From the human T2T-CHM13v2.0 reference genome, Homo sapiens, in the NCBI RefSeq assembly GCF_009914755.1, contig NC_060929.1: DNA of 64,000 nucleotides; one strand, 5' to 3'. The position numbers were made by a program, and so were the translations under genes. The notes under the pieces are model-generated. The model had not been told where the DNA came from and made no database searches. It saw only the letters and a list, made by a program, of their open reading frames with translations. Of this stretch, positions 26,393-41,947 are shown one piece after another. The number at the start of each line of letters is the position of its first letter. The first letter of the stretch is position 1.

Positions 26393-28031
26393 GTATTTCA
26401 TAAGTATTGCCTGTTTTAGATGGATGACAACAACTGGGGGGAGGGATTTCCCTCCCACCCCCGCTTTTATTTATTTCCCACTTTGATGGAGATCCACCCA
26501 TTTAGAAAATGCAGCTGGAACAAAGTAAAGCCTCAAACTCCTGGTATTGTGCTTTAAAAAGGATTTGAATATTGCCCTTGATCCACACTGAATTCAAAGC
26601 GAAAGTTTCCTGGGAATTTGCAGTTGTTTAGCTGAAATGTTGAGTGCAAGGGGGAAAAACGTTCTGCCCACTTTGCATACCACCCTGGACAGAGGCATTA
26701 GCAGTGATACATGTAAGAGATTTAACAAAGCAGGGAACTAACCACTTACAGGAAATGGAATCAGCTTGTCCATTTTGCTTCTTTCTTTTTTGGCTTCTAG
26801 CAGTTTGGATGTTTGGCAAGATTATTCTCTGTCCGCAGAAAGGGACAGCACAGATACGTTTCCCCTCCACCCCCATGCCCACCCAAGTTTCAAACTTAAG
26901 CATACCACTGTATTTCAAAAGTCTGAAAACGTAACTAGAAGTTCAGTCATTTCCTCAGTTATTTCCGTTTTGCTTAGGCACAAAGATGGATATGTGTCAT
27001 CACCCAGAAAAGATGGTTTTGTTTCTCTCTCTTAAAGTACAGTGACTGATAAGCTTTCTTTAGAGTAAGACTTGGTTAACTAGCATTAAAATTCACATGT
27101 GAAATTTACTGGGGTCCCATATAAACCTGTTTTAAGGTCCCACATCCTTTGAGGAAAGGAAAGCCAGCCTCTATTAATGAATATTCATTGGCCATAATTT
27201 TGCTCTGAATAGAAGCAGACAGCCCCATCTTCCTTCAGAGCTTCCTGGACTAGAGTTGGAATCCTGGCCTTATACAATAAAGTATATTTATGGTATTTGA
27301 AAACAAATAGGATTTTATTTGTTTTTTAAAAAAGAAATTAAAAATGCTAATGTACTTAGGATGGGAGTCTGTTTCACTTGAGAAAATGATGAGCCTCATT
27401 TGATAGCACCCATTTAGAAGGCACTTTCTGTGGAAGCTTTGCTTTAAGAAATTTACTTATTTGTATTTGCTTCTCTTGAAAAGGATAACTCTGTACTACT
27501 AAGGAGAAGTGCAATGTTCTAAGCACATTTTTGGTTAATCCCACACATTCTTGGGCCATAGCCCCTCGGCAACACTGCCAAGCCAACTCAGTTCCAGACA
27601 CTTGTACTCTTGTATTTGAAAAGTGGACATATGCCATTTGGGGTGTAGACCACCCAGGTTGCTTTAGTCTGAGACATAAACTAAAATTTTAACCCTGTGA
27701 CCTTTAGAGTGAAAAGGTTGGGTAATTTTATTATTTAAGATCTTAAAATTTCACATTATTCCTATAGGTTTTGTAAACTTGTGTCCTGTTGCCCTGTTAC
27801 CTCTCCAACCCTCTTGCTTGTTAATAACCACTGACTGACAGACTTGCTTTTCCATAAGTTTAAGCTTTTATCACTGAGAGCCCATCTGTTGCCATCCCTC
27901 AGAAAGTCAAGTACTTGTGTAGATGGAGTGCATGCACAGAGTATGTTCCTGAAAGTATCTCATGTTTTCAACATGAAATTTTCTGTTTCTAAGACCAAGT
28001 AAAGAAAATAATTTGCTTTTACACCCGTTAG

Positions 28032-28111
28032 GGGAGCAAAATTATGTGTGGTTAAAACCCAGCGGAAGGCAAAACAAGCTGAGACTCTAACTCAGGACTA
28101 CATCATCACCC
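28032..28111 (+). CDS. WDR70: WDR70 coding exon
   Basis: cccgttag|G GGA GCA...ACC C|gtaagt; 80 nt; GAKLCVVKTQRKAKQAETLTQDYIIT(P). Confidence 0.95.
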
Positions 28112-30107
28112 GTAAGTCGTTAACATGCCTCTCAATCATGCATCTCTCTTCTACTCTCATGTGGTTTTGATTGCATAGCTTTAGAGACAGAGAAAGCCCT
28201 CAGAATTCAGGCATATATTACAAAATTGCCCATTCATGTGGATAGGACTACGAGTCATGTAACAGCTAACCTCTGTGGCTTCTGTGACTCATCACAGGGA
28301 CAGGGTTATTTCATGCAGCTTTCAACCCAAAAGGGAAAAGCCTGTTCGAGTCCAATACATTACTTTATAGCAGTTTTTTCAAGAGTAACAGTCTATTCCA
28401 AGTGTGAACAAGAAAGAGTGCTGGTCTTGGAATCAGGAGGCCTGGGTTTGTCCAGTTCCACCACTGAGTGGCAATGTGATGTTGAACAACTTAACTTTTA
28501 ATCAGGGAAGTGTGGCGACCAGAGGAAGGGTCTCTTCCAGCTTTCTCTGAAATTCTATGACCATGTGCTAGACTGATCCACAGGAATTTGTATATAAAAT
28601 TAACTACCTGGGGTATGAGTAGAAAGCTTACTAGGGCAGAGTGGTTTCTCTCACGTATGTCACACAACCTCATTAATCTGGCAGATGTGTGTTCCCAGAG
28701 CCACAATCTCAAACCTGCAACAGGTGACAGCTAGGAAAGAAATAATGGATGCTACAGCGATTATCATTAGTGGATGGCCCTGTGGACTTTATCAGTGACT
28801 CAGTCTGGAGCCCAGGGGGCGCTGTACTGCTGGGTTTTCTCACTGGTGGTGGGTCTCATATGAGACCAAGTCCCTTGGAGCTTATGACCAGTAAAGAGAT
28901 CCCATGACACTTTTTGCAAGAGTAGAAGTGTTAAAGTCAGTGTCATAACTAGTCTAGCTCATGTAATTACATGCGGCCTACTTAAATTCCTCCAGTCGTT
29001 TGAAGTGAAAAGCTATTTTCCCCCTCCTAAAAATACTGTTGTGTTGTGTTGCCCAACTGAGTGACGGGTGGCTATGTTTCTCAGCTCCCCTGACTCAAGG
29101 CAGGCATGTTTTACTGGTGAGTGATATGGTCTGGCCTCAGTTGGCAGTATAGGTAGAAGGTAGGAGGGGATACTGGAAGAGGTTTTGAGGTGTTATAGAC
29201 ATTTTATTGATATTATAAATTCCCTTTAACCTTTCCCTTCCTTCCCCTGGTCCCCCGGGAAAAGTTTCTTTTAAAGGGGGTTTAATCTGCACGTAAGAGT
29301 CAAAAGAAACTGCTAGTACTTTTCTGGGGCAAAAAAAGGGAGTTATTTAATACTTCCCCTAATAACTCTTTCCTTTTCCCCTAGAATATTATACTGTTTT
29401 CCTTTTTAAATTCTTATAATCTTTTATATTCTGAAATTTAATTTTGACATTGAGTAAACAGTAACAGCAATTGAACGCATATTACTTTGGTTTTTATTTT
29501 CTTATTTTGCTACCATATAGCAGGAGGGATAAGGCCCCATTAAGTCCCCATGCCAAGAGATTTAGGCACCTCTTGCATTCATGGCAACCTTTATCCCAGT
29601 TTCAGTGGGATAAGTGTTCCTCCCTTCCGGTTACTCAGTGTTGTCAACTCCTCCTGAGAGGTGGTCACATTTCAGAAACGTGTGAAGTGATTCCAGTGTT
29701 TATGAGACATCTGAGGAAACTTCAGGGCTGACAGCAAGCTGTTGGCATTATTCACATTTGGGTCCTGTAAGAAAAAATAAGAGGCAGTCCCAATATGTGT
29801 TTCTTTTCAAAACCACGGTAATTAAGTTTTAACTGCTACCCATGGTTTGGGAGATGGGGAGCCTCACCGATGTTTCCATGACAATATTTGACAGTATTTC
29901 CTGAGTGCTGTTAGCTGCCAGGAGAGGTGACCAGTGAGTCTGGTCTCAAGCAAAATTGGCTAATTGGTTACAGTAAGACTGTCTTTTATTATCAGATCAA
30001 GACTGTCATGACTTCCATTTCATCTTTCAGTTAGTCATGCTTTAACTATGTTTTTGGATGGAAAGGTTATTGTTATAATGAAATTTTTCAAATGTGACTT
30101 CTTGTAG

Positions 30108-30224
30108 CTCATGCCTTGCCTATGTTCCGTGAGCCCCGCCAACGGAGTACAAGGAAACAGCTGGAGAAGGACAGACTGGATCCCCTGAAGTCGCATAAAC
30201 CTGAACCTCCTGTAGCAGGCCCAG
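30108..30224 (+). CDS. WDR70: WDR70 coding exon
   Basis: cttcttgtag|CT CAT GCC...CCA G|gtgact; 117 nt; HALPMFREPRQRSTRKQLEKDRLDPLKSHKPEPPVAGP(G). Confidence 0.96.
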
Positions 30225-32056
30225 GTGACTGTGATCCAGCTAGTGACCTGCAGAGGGGGTTCAGAGGCAGGGTGGGGTAATTGATATAAAATTGGGAAGG
30301 TCTTTTGGGCCTGGATGCTTCTTTGTCTTCAGAGAGATTTTACTAGTGTTTTAAAAATGTTTTCTTTTTAGTAACAGAAAAGCTGATGCAGAATCCAGAT
30401 GTATAAAGCTGATAAAAATTGAGCTTCTATACTGAAATAGGGAGGAAGACTGGGGCCCTTTCTGCTTGGTCTCCAACTAGAGTTTTCCTAGCTGGCCTCA
30501 GGGGAACTCGGGGGCTCAGTGGACCTTGGAACCCAGTGTTAAAACCACTGCTCTCAATATTGGCTTAATGTACAACACTGGGCACTTTGACCAGAATCCA
30601 GGCTGGATTAGGTTTCACACAAGGCAGAATGTGGCCATCATTTAGATTTGTGTTGATATCACTAGAAGATGAATAAAAGTCTTTAGAGTTTTTGAGAAGT
30701 AGGTACCAGAAGAAAGCCAAGCAGCACTGGCTAATAGTATAGCACGTACCTTGACTAGAATTTCATTTTCTGTTATCATCTGTGTAGTTTCTATTTGGTC
30801 TGCTCCTTCAGCATAGAAAACATTTTGCATATCTATCTTAATTATTTTTTTCATTTTTTTCTAACACCGTCCTAACTAAAGTTTCCAAAAAAGATTTTTT
30901 CTTGGATTATTGTGAACCCTTCTAACTATGCACCTTAGTCTCAAGTCACTCCCTTTCTCCCACCTCACTTCTATTTGTCTTATACACAGCTTTAATCCCT
31001 AACTCCATTAGCTTTTCATGTTGCTACAGCCTCCAAACCTTCATAAGCTTCCCACTGTCCAATTGTCTTTCCAGAGATTCAAGGTTCTGTACAGTCCAAA
31101 TCAAATCTACCCCTGTAGCTTTACACCTTACTTCTTTCCTGCTCTGATCTTTTGAGATTACTGTTGGTTCAATCCTGTCCCCAAATACCCATTGAACTTT
31201 CTTCTTTCTGCATTTTTGTACTTAACCCATTCTGCTTATTGAAAATAACCTTCTTTACCTCCTAAGCTTTCACAAATTGGATCCATCTCTTTCATAAAGA
31301 CCTGTTCAACCACCTGAGCCTGAAGTGCTATCTTCCTCTAAGTGCCATAATAGTTACTGGCCATACAAATTATCTCACAGTTAATTATTTCCTGCCTTAT
31401 TTAGTTTCTTCTTATCTTGATTTATGAAATTAATCTTTTAGTGTTATTTGGCTTTTCATATGTTTATTTTATCTTCCTAAGAAGTCCTACATCTTTCTGA
31501 GTACCAGTCACTATACTAGCTGCTAGAGATCTAGTGGGGAACAAATCCCTGCCCTTAAAGAGGTTCCTATTTCATAGGGAGATTATAGTACAGCAGAGCA
31601 ACATGAATCAGTATGTTTAGCTTATTTGTTTTCTCTTATAATACTCAGCAAAGTACCTGTAAGGGACTTGGAAGATGCCAAGCCCTAAGATATGTTTATT
31701 TAAATAGCATCTAATGAATATTGTTTATTTTTATTAATTGAATTCTAAATGTTGATGCCAGAGGAACTTTTTAAAGCATATAGATGGCAAACTATCTGTA
31801 ATTTTTTCTATATTGGTATCATTCTGTAAGTTAAGCAACTGAGACATAACAAAAAAATCTCTTCCTATTTAAAAGTGCTATCGGGAAGTTGAGGTTTGGT
31901 GATCTCTTTGGTTCTGATTGTCATAAATCTAAGCTGAAAGGATGAAATTTAAGTACTCTTGAGATTTGTGCTCAGATAAGTACAGTGTACACAGATATAC
32001 CTATGTATCCTCATGCTCATTCAGTTTCTAATTTGGTTTTTTTTCTTTTGCAATAG

Positions 32057-32219
32057 GTCGTGGTGGCCGAGTTGGAACCCACGGGGGCACTCTCTCTTCC
32101 TATATTGTGAAGAACATTGCTTTGGACAAGACCGATGACAGTAATCCTCGGGAAGCCATTTTGCGTCATGCCAAAGCAGCAGAAGACAGCCCATATTGGG
32201 TTTCTCCAGCATATTCCAA
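32057..32219 (+). CDS. WDR70: WDR70 penultimate coding exon
   Basis: ttttgcaatag|GT CGT GGT...TCC AA|gtgaga; 163 nt; RGGRVGTHGGTLSSYIVKNIALDKTDDSNPREAILRHAKAAEDSPYWVSPAYS(K). Confidence 0.96.
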
Positions 32220-32744
32220 GTGAGAATATAGCTTTTTAAAACAGGAAAATTGTTATGTTTAATGAATTGGGGAGAACATAACAATGTTGTTTTTGAGTTC
32301 TAACTTCTCTATTTCTTATTTCATACTTAGATATGAAAAATAGGCCAGGTACTCATGGTCTTTAAACCTAGGCATTTGTATGTATCATAAGACTCTAAAA
32401 TCATGAATTTTAAAACTAGGCCCATTCCATCAGAGTTGTAGCATAGTGTAAACCATTATGTGAAGCCCATCCTGCCCATGATTAAAACAAACAACAAACA
32501 AATCACTGCTTATGTGCATTATCTTAGTTGACGAGGGTTAAAAGCAAATGAAGCAGTTTGTAGGTCTGTTATTATGAACTCACTTTTATTTATAGAGCTG
32601 TATATGTAAGTAACACTGCAGAGTAGATCCTGCCTGCTCGTATTCCCTCAGACAGCTTAGCATGGATGAATAGGGAGTGGTTCCTAAAGCTATCAAACCA
32701 GCTACATTTACATTAAAGATAGGTACTATTATAGAATTTTCCGT

Positions 32745-33049
32745 TTTTATTTTTATTTATTTATTTAGAGTCAGGATCTTGATCTGTTGCCCATGCTGGA
32801 GTACAGTGGCATGATCATAGCTCACCGTAACCTCAAACTCCTGGGCTCAAAGGATTCTCCTTCCTCAGCCTCCTGGGTAGCTAGCACGACAAGCATGCAC
32901 TGCCACACCCAACTAATGTTTTAATTTTTTGTAGAGACAGTGTCTCACTCTGTTGCCCAGGCTGGTCTTGAACTTCTGGTCTCAAGCAGTCCTCCCACCT
33001 CAGACTCCCAAAGTGCTCGGATTACAGGCATGAGCCACTCCACCTGGCC
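32745..33049 (-). mobile_element. AluJ, antisense
   Basis: atcatagctcac...ctcaaactcctgggctcaa AluJ diagnostics; TSD agaattttc(c/a)gttt. Confidence 0.92.
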
Positions 33050-33069
33050 AGAATTTTCAGTTTCTAAAT

Positions 33070-34900
<1,831 letters not shown>

Positions 34901-36049
34901 GTGTTTATTTCCCTTTTTTGGGTTTTCTTCACGTTCTGTTTATTTTTTGGAGTGTGTGAAATATTACTATGGTTCTAGGAGTCAGAGCTTTAAAAGAGAT
35001 TTTCTTAGAGAACTGTCTCTTCCTCTTCATTCCTGCTCCCTTTTCCTATTCCCAGTCCCCCTTTTTTTCAGTCCCTTTCCTATCCACCCCTTGTAGCTAA
35101 ATAATCTTTTTAGTTCCTGGTGTATCTTTCGGGTATTTCTTGAGCAGATACGTAAGTATCTTCTTACATCCCCGTATTTCCTATGTGAAGGGTAGCATAA
35201 TGTAAATCATCTTTTTTTCTTTTTTGGTCTAAGTTCCACTTGAAAATCTTTGGTGAAGTGTAATTACAACATATGAACACATGTATAGAGTAAAATGTCA
35301 CCGTTTTTAATATACAAATACTAACCACAACCAACTTTTATCACAAAATTATTGCTAATCTGTGATTATCCACAAAGTAGTTGGTTATCTAAATGTTTCT
35401 TCATTAACATTTTAGTATGAAATTTAACTTTAAATGAACTTTGGGAATACTATTTATAAATATGTCAGCAACTTTTTTTGTTATGCTATTTTTGAAATTT
35501 GAATTGATCAGTTTAGGATTTTAGCTTCTTTTCATCCCCCATCTTTATTGAGGTATGATTGATTTAAAGATTTGTATATATTTTGGTGTATAACTTGATA
35601 TAAATTAAGTCATATTGATTTGCTTTTTTTTGGCTTTGCTTCTTTTTCACATAGAACTCTGCCCTAGAAATCACTCTACATCAGTTCTTGGAGCTCACTG
35701 TCATTGATTTTCATAGTTGCATAGTACTCCGTTGTACGAATTTATCATAGTTAATTCAACCATTCTTCTATGTAAGGATATTTAGGTTGTTTCAGTATTT
35801 TGTAAGTACTAACAATGCTATAGTGAATAGACTTACAGACGTGTATTTTTGTATTACTGGAGGTATATTCAAGTTTTTTTCTTGATGTCTTTATGTATTC
35901 CTAAAGTTTTCTCTTTAATTGTGAGAAAACTGGATGCTGATTACTTTTTAAAACATTAATATGCTGGAAAAAGCCTTTTATTAACCAACTCAATCTTTAT
36001 ACTGCTACCAGTCCTCTACTCATTATTCGGCGCTATTTGCCTCAAATAA

Positions 36050-36480
36050 AAACACATCATCTTAGCATGCATTCCTTAGAAGCAGGCCCTGAGATAAAGA
36101 TTTACATAAAGGTGAATTATTAGGGTATGTTCCCAGAGAAAATCAGTAGGGGAGTAGAGATGTGTCATGAAGCCATCAAGTGTGCAGTATCAAGCCAAGT
36201 CCCAGGGAGGGTCGCTTTGGCTTAATCCTGCAGGGTAACCCTGGAGACTGTGGTCAGAGTTGTCCTGGTCAGGGCCATGGCAACTAGAGTATTTATACTC
36301 CCTTATTTGTTGGTCATTGGTGATGGTTGGAGGTAGGGTTGGGAAAGACACTTCAGGCACTGTCAGCTCTCCAGCATTTTAGAGGTAGGTGCTCCTGCTG
36401 TGAGTGAAAGCACATTGCCCAGTAATGCTAAAAGGATTTGAGGCAATCGAGGGGAAGCACTGTGTCCTCTGCTGTTTGTA
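36050..36480. mobile_element. Old ERVL-MaLR LTR (MLT1I/J/L-like)
   Basis: ccttagaagcaggccctgagataaagattt...gggtcgctttggcttaatcctgcagggtaaccctggag...agagtatttatactccc. Confidence 0.55.
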
Positions 36481-38184
36481 CTGTAGCAGAACAGACTATG
36501 TAATGTCAATGTGGTTGTTCACAATTTATATTAATAAACAATACAGATGGAACATCTCTGAACAGTGAATTGGATAATATGATAACAACTAAGAGGTCAT
36601 ATCAAGGCTGGCCAGCGAAATAGCATGCTTTAGCCTTCATTTGAATAGTATTTATATGTGTATAAACTAATCCATGTCAACACATCATTGGCAGTCAGAT
36701 AAACTTATAGATTATGCCTGTGTTGACACTTCTGTTTTTAATGGAGTATTTTCCATTATTATTAGGGATTTTTTTTATACTTCAGAAACCTTGTTTAGAA
36801 ACATACTAAAGATTTGTCAAGAAAACAGTCATAGTTTAAATTTTGTTAAACATGGTGCATGTTATTTTAATGGCTAACTGCTCCAAATATTTGTGTCTAT
36901 GTTTACACACAAATCACTGAGATGTCTTCAAAAATACTGATATAAATACTCTTTGCTGATTATTCATTGATATTAGCAACGTATAATATAGCAGTATTAG
37001 CAGTGTATAATTAGAAGGTGTCAGAGACCTAACTTATCACTGGAGAAAATGAAACATCCAGAAGATAACTTTTAAAACCTGCTGGATAACAAGTCATTTC
37101 TAGATTCCAGACCAGGAGCCTGGCCTTAGAATTTCCAGGTTATTGTTCTGACATCTAATAACGAGTTATTTTGATAAAGGAGTAACTTCAATTTAGTATG
37201 TGGTTTTCATGTCTGAGATTTAAAGTAGTACATACACACAGTAAAAACAAGCAAAAGAAATCCAGTGGTACTAAAGGTAGACAATGGAGATTTGAAAGCC
37301 TCTCTTTCACTTAACCCCCAGTTCCTTCATTCTACTGCTTAGAGATACCAACTGCCTCAATTTATTATATGTCCTCTGAGAGAGAGAGAGATATGTGTAG
37401 ATACATGCATTGTTTAAAAATGCAGGTATATAGCATGTTTTACAAGCTGATTTGTGGTTTTGTTTTTTACTTAGTATACATTGGAAGATTGGGCCAGATC
37501 CATCCAGACATATTTAGCTCATTATTTTTACTTTATGTACCTATTCAATTGTATAGCTATATTGTACTTCTATAAAAAACTATACCCTCTTGAATGACAG
37601 TTATGTTGTTTTCAGCCTTTTTCTTTCATAAACAATACTGGAATTAGTATCTTTGGATGTAGGTATTTGCCCACACATGCAAAACTTCAAGAAATTTTTA
37701 TCTTTGCCAATCTGATAGGTGAAAATGTATAATTTGTGGTTTTCACCTGCATTTTTATAATTTTTTAGCATCTGTTCTCGAGAAAAGATGCTAAAAGGAG
37801 CTTTCTTAAAGCCCTTAAAACCCTGTTTCTTGTGAACTATTTATGTCTTTTGCCCATTTGCCTATTTGGTTTTTTCTTACTGATTTGTAAGAGTTATTTA
37901 TATTAAGGAGGTTAACCCCTTGTATATCATGTATGGCAAATATTTCTCCCAGTTAATCGTTTTTTATTTTACTTTGTTTATGGCGTTTTTCTCACGTAAA
38001 AAATTTATTTTAATGTGGTGAGATTTAGAAATGGGGTGAGGGGTGCACTTTTGGGGTTTTATTTAGGAAGGCATCTCCCGTCCAATATTAGTCTTGAAAT
38101 TCCCTCATATTCCCACTCAATACTTTTATGGATTTTTTTTTAGAGTTAAGTCTTCAATTCACCTGGAATTATTTTAGTGAAATT

Positions 38185-38588
38185 GTTATATTAATTACTA
38201 CAAATTTGATGTCTTAAAAAGTAGAAATTGATTCTGTCACAGTTCTGGAGGCCAGAAGTCTGAAATCAAGGTGTTGGCAGGATTGTACTTTCTACAGAGA
38301 CTCCAGGGGAAAATTCATTCTATGCCTCTTCTAGCTTCTAGAGGTTGCCTGATGCCTTGGTTCATAGCCACATCCCTTTAATGTTGCCTAGTCTTCACAT
38401 TGCCTTCTCCTTTGTCTTCTCCTTTACTCTCTTGTAAGGATACTTACAGTAGCATTTAGAGCCAATCCAAGATAATCCAGGAGTATCTCCTCATCTCAAG
38501 ATACCCTTTTTCCAAATGAGAGAACATTCACAGGTTCCAAGGATCGAAAGTGGATATTTTTGAGAGAACCATTTTTCAACCTACCATA
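38185..38588. mobile_element. MLT1B/C-like LTR
   Basis: tcacagttctggaggccagaagtctgaaatcaaggtgttggcagg...ttcaacctaccata. Confidence 0.8.
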
Positions 38589-39569
38589 GTAGAGTTCTAA
38601 TTTACTTATTTCAAGTTGGTTTAACCAGTTGCTGTAGAACTTTTTATTGTATAATTTAATTTTCCTCATTAAATTGAAATGATACCTTTATTATACCTAA
38701 TGTACTCATGAATTTTAATCAATTTCTGGGTTCTCTGTTCTGTTCTGTCAATTGGTCTGGCTCTGCAAGTATCAATACCAGTCTTCATTGTTGTAGCGCT
38801 GCCTGTTCTCATTATTCTTATGAGAATGTGTCTATCTATTCTTGCAGGTCTCCATGACTTTATTAAGTTATCTAGTAACCTCCCCCTCAAAAATTAATGA
38901 TGCAGACTTGAGTTATATGTATATATTAATTTAGATAGAATTTATAATATTAGTTCTTTCAAACCGAGAACAGAGTTGTCTTTCTAGTCAACATCACTAT
39001 ATCCCTCAGTAGTACTTTTAAGTTTTCTTCACATAGACCTGTCATATTTCCTTTTAAGTTTATTTTTACTTACTTTATCTTTTTGTGCTGTTGTAAGTAG
39101 AGTCTTTTCTTACACTAAATTTATAACTTATTTGTGTATGGAAATACTGTGCAGCTACATATATGTGTGTTATTTATATATATTAGTTTTGTATCCAGCT
39201 GTTTATTGTGTTTTCTTATATATATTTTAAATAATTTTTATTCACTTAGCTTGGGGTGTATAGGTATAAAATTATATGCAACTAGTAAGTGTACCTCCTC
39301 CTTTCCAATTTTTATACCTACTATTTCTTTTTATCTGATTGCACTGACTGCTGCCAGAACAATTTAAAATAACCATCAGTGATAGTGCACATCCTTTTTT
39401 CAATTTGAACTTTAAAAGGAATGATTCTATTACATTAAACCTTACAAAATTTTCCTTTTTGTAGGTGAAAAAATCAAATATCAGCAGTTTTATATTATTC
39501 AATCTAATGGTATTTCCACATAAAATGTGATAATGTTTGAAAACACACAAGATGTTAAGAATCCAATTC

Positions 39570-39945
39570 TTTATTTATTCATGCAAAAGAGATTTACTGA
39601 ACACCAACTATGTGTTAGATACTGTTCTAAGTTGTAGGGGTACAGCCATTTTATGGAGCTTATATGCTAGTAGAGACAGACACTAAATAAATATATAAAT
39701 ATTAAATGGTAATAATGCTAAGAAGAAAACTAAAAGAGGGATATATCCCTTTTATAAAAAGATAAAAGGGGGACATAGATAAAAGAGGGATAAAAGGGGG
39801 ACATAGAGTAATCAGGCGGAGAAAAGGCGCTATTTTAGATACAGTGGTCAGGGAAGAACGTCTACAAAAGTTACCTTTGACCTGAGTGAAATGAGGGAGT
39901 GAGCCATGCAAATACCTAGGGGAAGAGCATCCCATGCAGCGAACA
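39570..39945 (-). mobile_element. L2 3' fragment
   Basis: tttattcatgcaaaagagatttactgaacaccaactatgtg...tgagtgaaatgagggagtgagccatgcaaatacctaggggaagagcatccca. Confidence 0.75.
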
Positions 39946-41947
39946 CAAGAGGCCTTTACTGAATTCCTTCATCTCTATGAAAGTGATCATGGAATTTTTC
40001 TACTTCGATCTATGAATGGGATGAATTATATTACTAGATTTCCTAACACCGAGCCATCCTGGCATCTTTGATACGACCGTTATATGATTGTAGTTTATTC
40101 TTTCTAAGGTGTTAGACTGGCTTCCTAAAAATTTTGTGTATTTTTCTTTTCTATATGTACCCTCAAACTGTTTTGAATACATTTGAACTTATCCATTTTA
40201 TAAAGATTTGATAGAATTCACCTGTAAAATGTGAAAGCTTTTGTGGAGTGGAGGGTGAGTAGTAATTCCTTAATTTTTCTCTCTTTTCCATCCCCTCCTG
40301 GCAAATAGTCTATTCTGAGTTTTCTGACTCTTCTGAGGCTGCTTGGTAATTAATATTTTCTTGGACAGTCATTCATTCAGATTTTCAACTTTCTTTAAAT
40401 AAGAATTAATTGCAGCTGAAAGTGTTTTTGTTCACTTTCAAAATATCTAAAGATATTTTTCTGCATTAGAGATGATTCAGTTATGTTTACAAATGAATTC
40501 GTGCTAGCATAATAGCAGCTCTTGCAAGGTAGGTAGATCAGGCATTGTCATATCCTCACTTTACATGTGAGGAGGCTGTAGCTTAGAGATCTGCAATTAA
40601 CAATGACTGAAACTAGAACTAGACATTAGTTCTCTTGATCCCTAACCTAATGAGCTTTGCAGAGGACTGCACTCTCTTCCTGATACACACCTTTCTGCCG
40701 CTGCATTTTGCTATCATCTCTTTGCTTCCACCCAATTTCGTCACCTTGCATTTGTTGCATACTAAGTTCATGGCACTGTCTGTCTGTGGCATGTAATTTG
40801 TTAGCTAGGATTGCAGTGCTATTTCTCCTGTGTTCACCTGCTAGAGTATACTGTTTACTGCCAAGTAGCAAAGTATTTGAAAGGAAGCTAATATTTAAAA
40901 GGATCTTTTCGTAAAGGTCGCTGTAATTGAGAATGTGTGTCTGGTTGGTTTTTTTTCTTCACTGCAATTGACTTCTGTCAGTGATGAAATGAAGATTTAT
41001 TTACCATATCTCGCTTTATCACAGAAAAGCACAATTAGACATTCCACAAATGTGCCTGCCTACACATGACATACACTCACCAATATCCACTGGTGATGAT
41101 AACAAAGAGTCTTTAAAGAGTTTACATTTATAGATTATTTAAGTTTCATTCCTGGCCCTAGCAATGTAACAGCCATGAAAATTTTCAAACACAGCAGGAT
41201 CACAGAGGACTCTTGTTCAGCTACACATAGGCAGATTCAGTTTCAGTTTCTTGTAAGAAGATGCTGCTGGAGGGAGAGAAAAGGAGCTGGCTGGGGAATG
41301 GGCAGGATGTAGATCCAGAAAGCTATTAGCTTACACATCAGACAAGGATAGATGTGTGTGGGAGCCTGGACCCTGGCCAGCAGCCTGACAGAATGACAGC
41401 TCTGTCAACCACGTCACTTTTCTTGCCAGATAGGCTGCCATTATTTGCTGGTTCAGTCAACTTAATTTTCAGTGTGCATATCTTGTCTGATATTGGATAT
41501 ATGAATATGTGTGTATGTATGTGTTAAAATATCATTCCCACCTATAAAGGATCCATTTAAAGTCATGTTGAGTTGTAGGCAATATTTAAAGAAGCCACTC
41601 TGTGAGCAAGTGAAGGTTTATGTGTTATTTGTGTCAGGAAGAATCATAAATGCACAGAGAGAAAATATATTTTTTCCAGAGTTATATTTAGGTGACTAAT
41701 TGTCACTCTCCACTGTATTCCTGTGTAGAAGCCAATGTTTCTGAAAGTGGTTTTGTGAACTGCCTGCATCAGAGCGGTGTATGTAGTTTTTTTTTTTTTC
41801 TTTTTTTTTTGCGGTGGGGGGGTTGTTTAAAAATGCAGATTTCTGGACTCCATCCTAAACCAACTCAAGGGGGCTTTGTGGGATTAGGGGTGGGAATCTG
41901 AATATTAAGAGGTGCCCTGGGTGATTGTTTTGCACACTTATGTTTGG

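Larger units (their letters stand above)
37200..40400 (-). mobile_element. Fragmented old L1M (L1ME-like) with nested MLT1 and L2 pieces
   Basis: tttgccaatctgataggtgaaa, ttttgcccatttgcctatt, ggcaaatatttctcccag, tagaattcacctgtaaa are L1M ORF2/3' motifs. Confidence 0.6.

Noticed and set aside
26286-26486. 66-aa ORF as a standalone gene
   Set aside because: It is the WDR70 exon 26292-26392 plus intronic read-through, and its start is a TTG inside the acceptor.
32021-32284. 87-aa minus-strand ORF
   Set aside because: It is an antisense shadow of a WDR70 exon with no independent gene signals.
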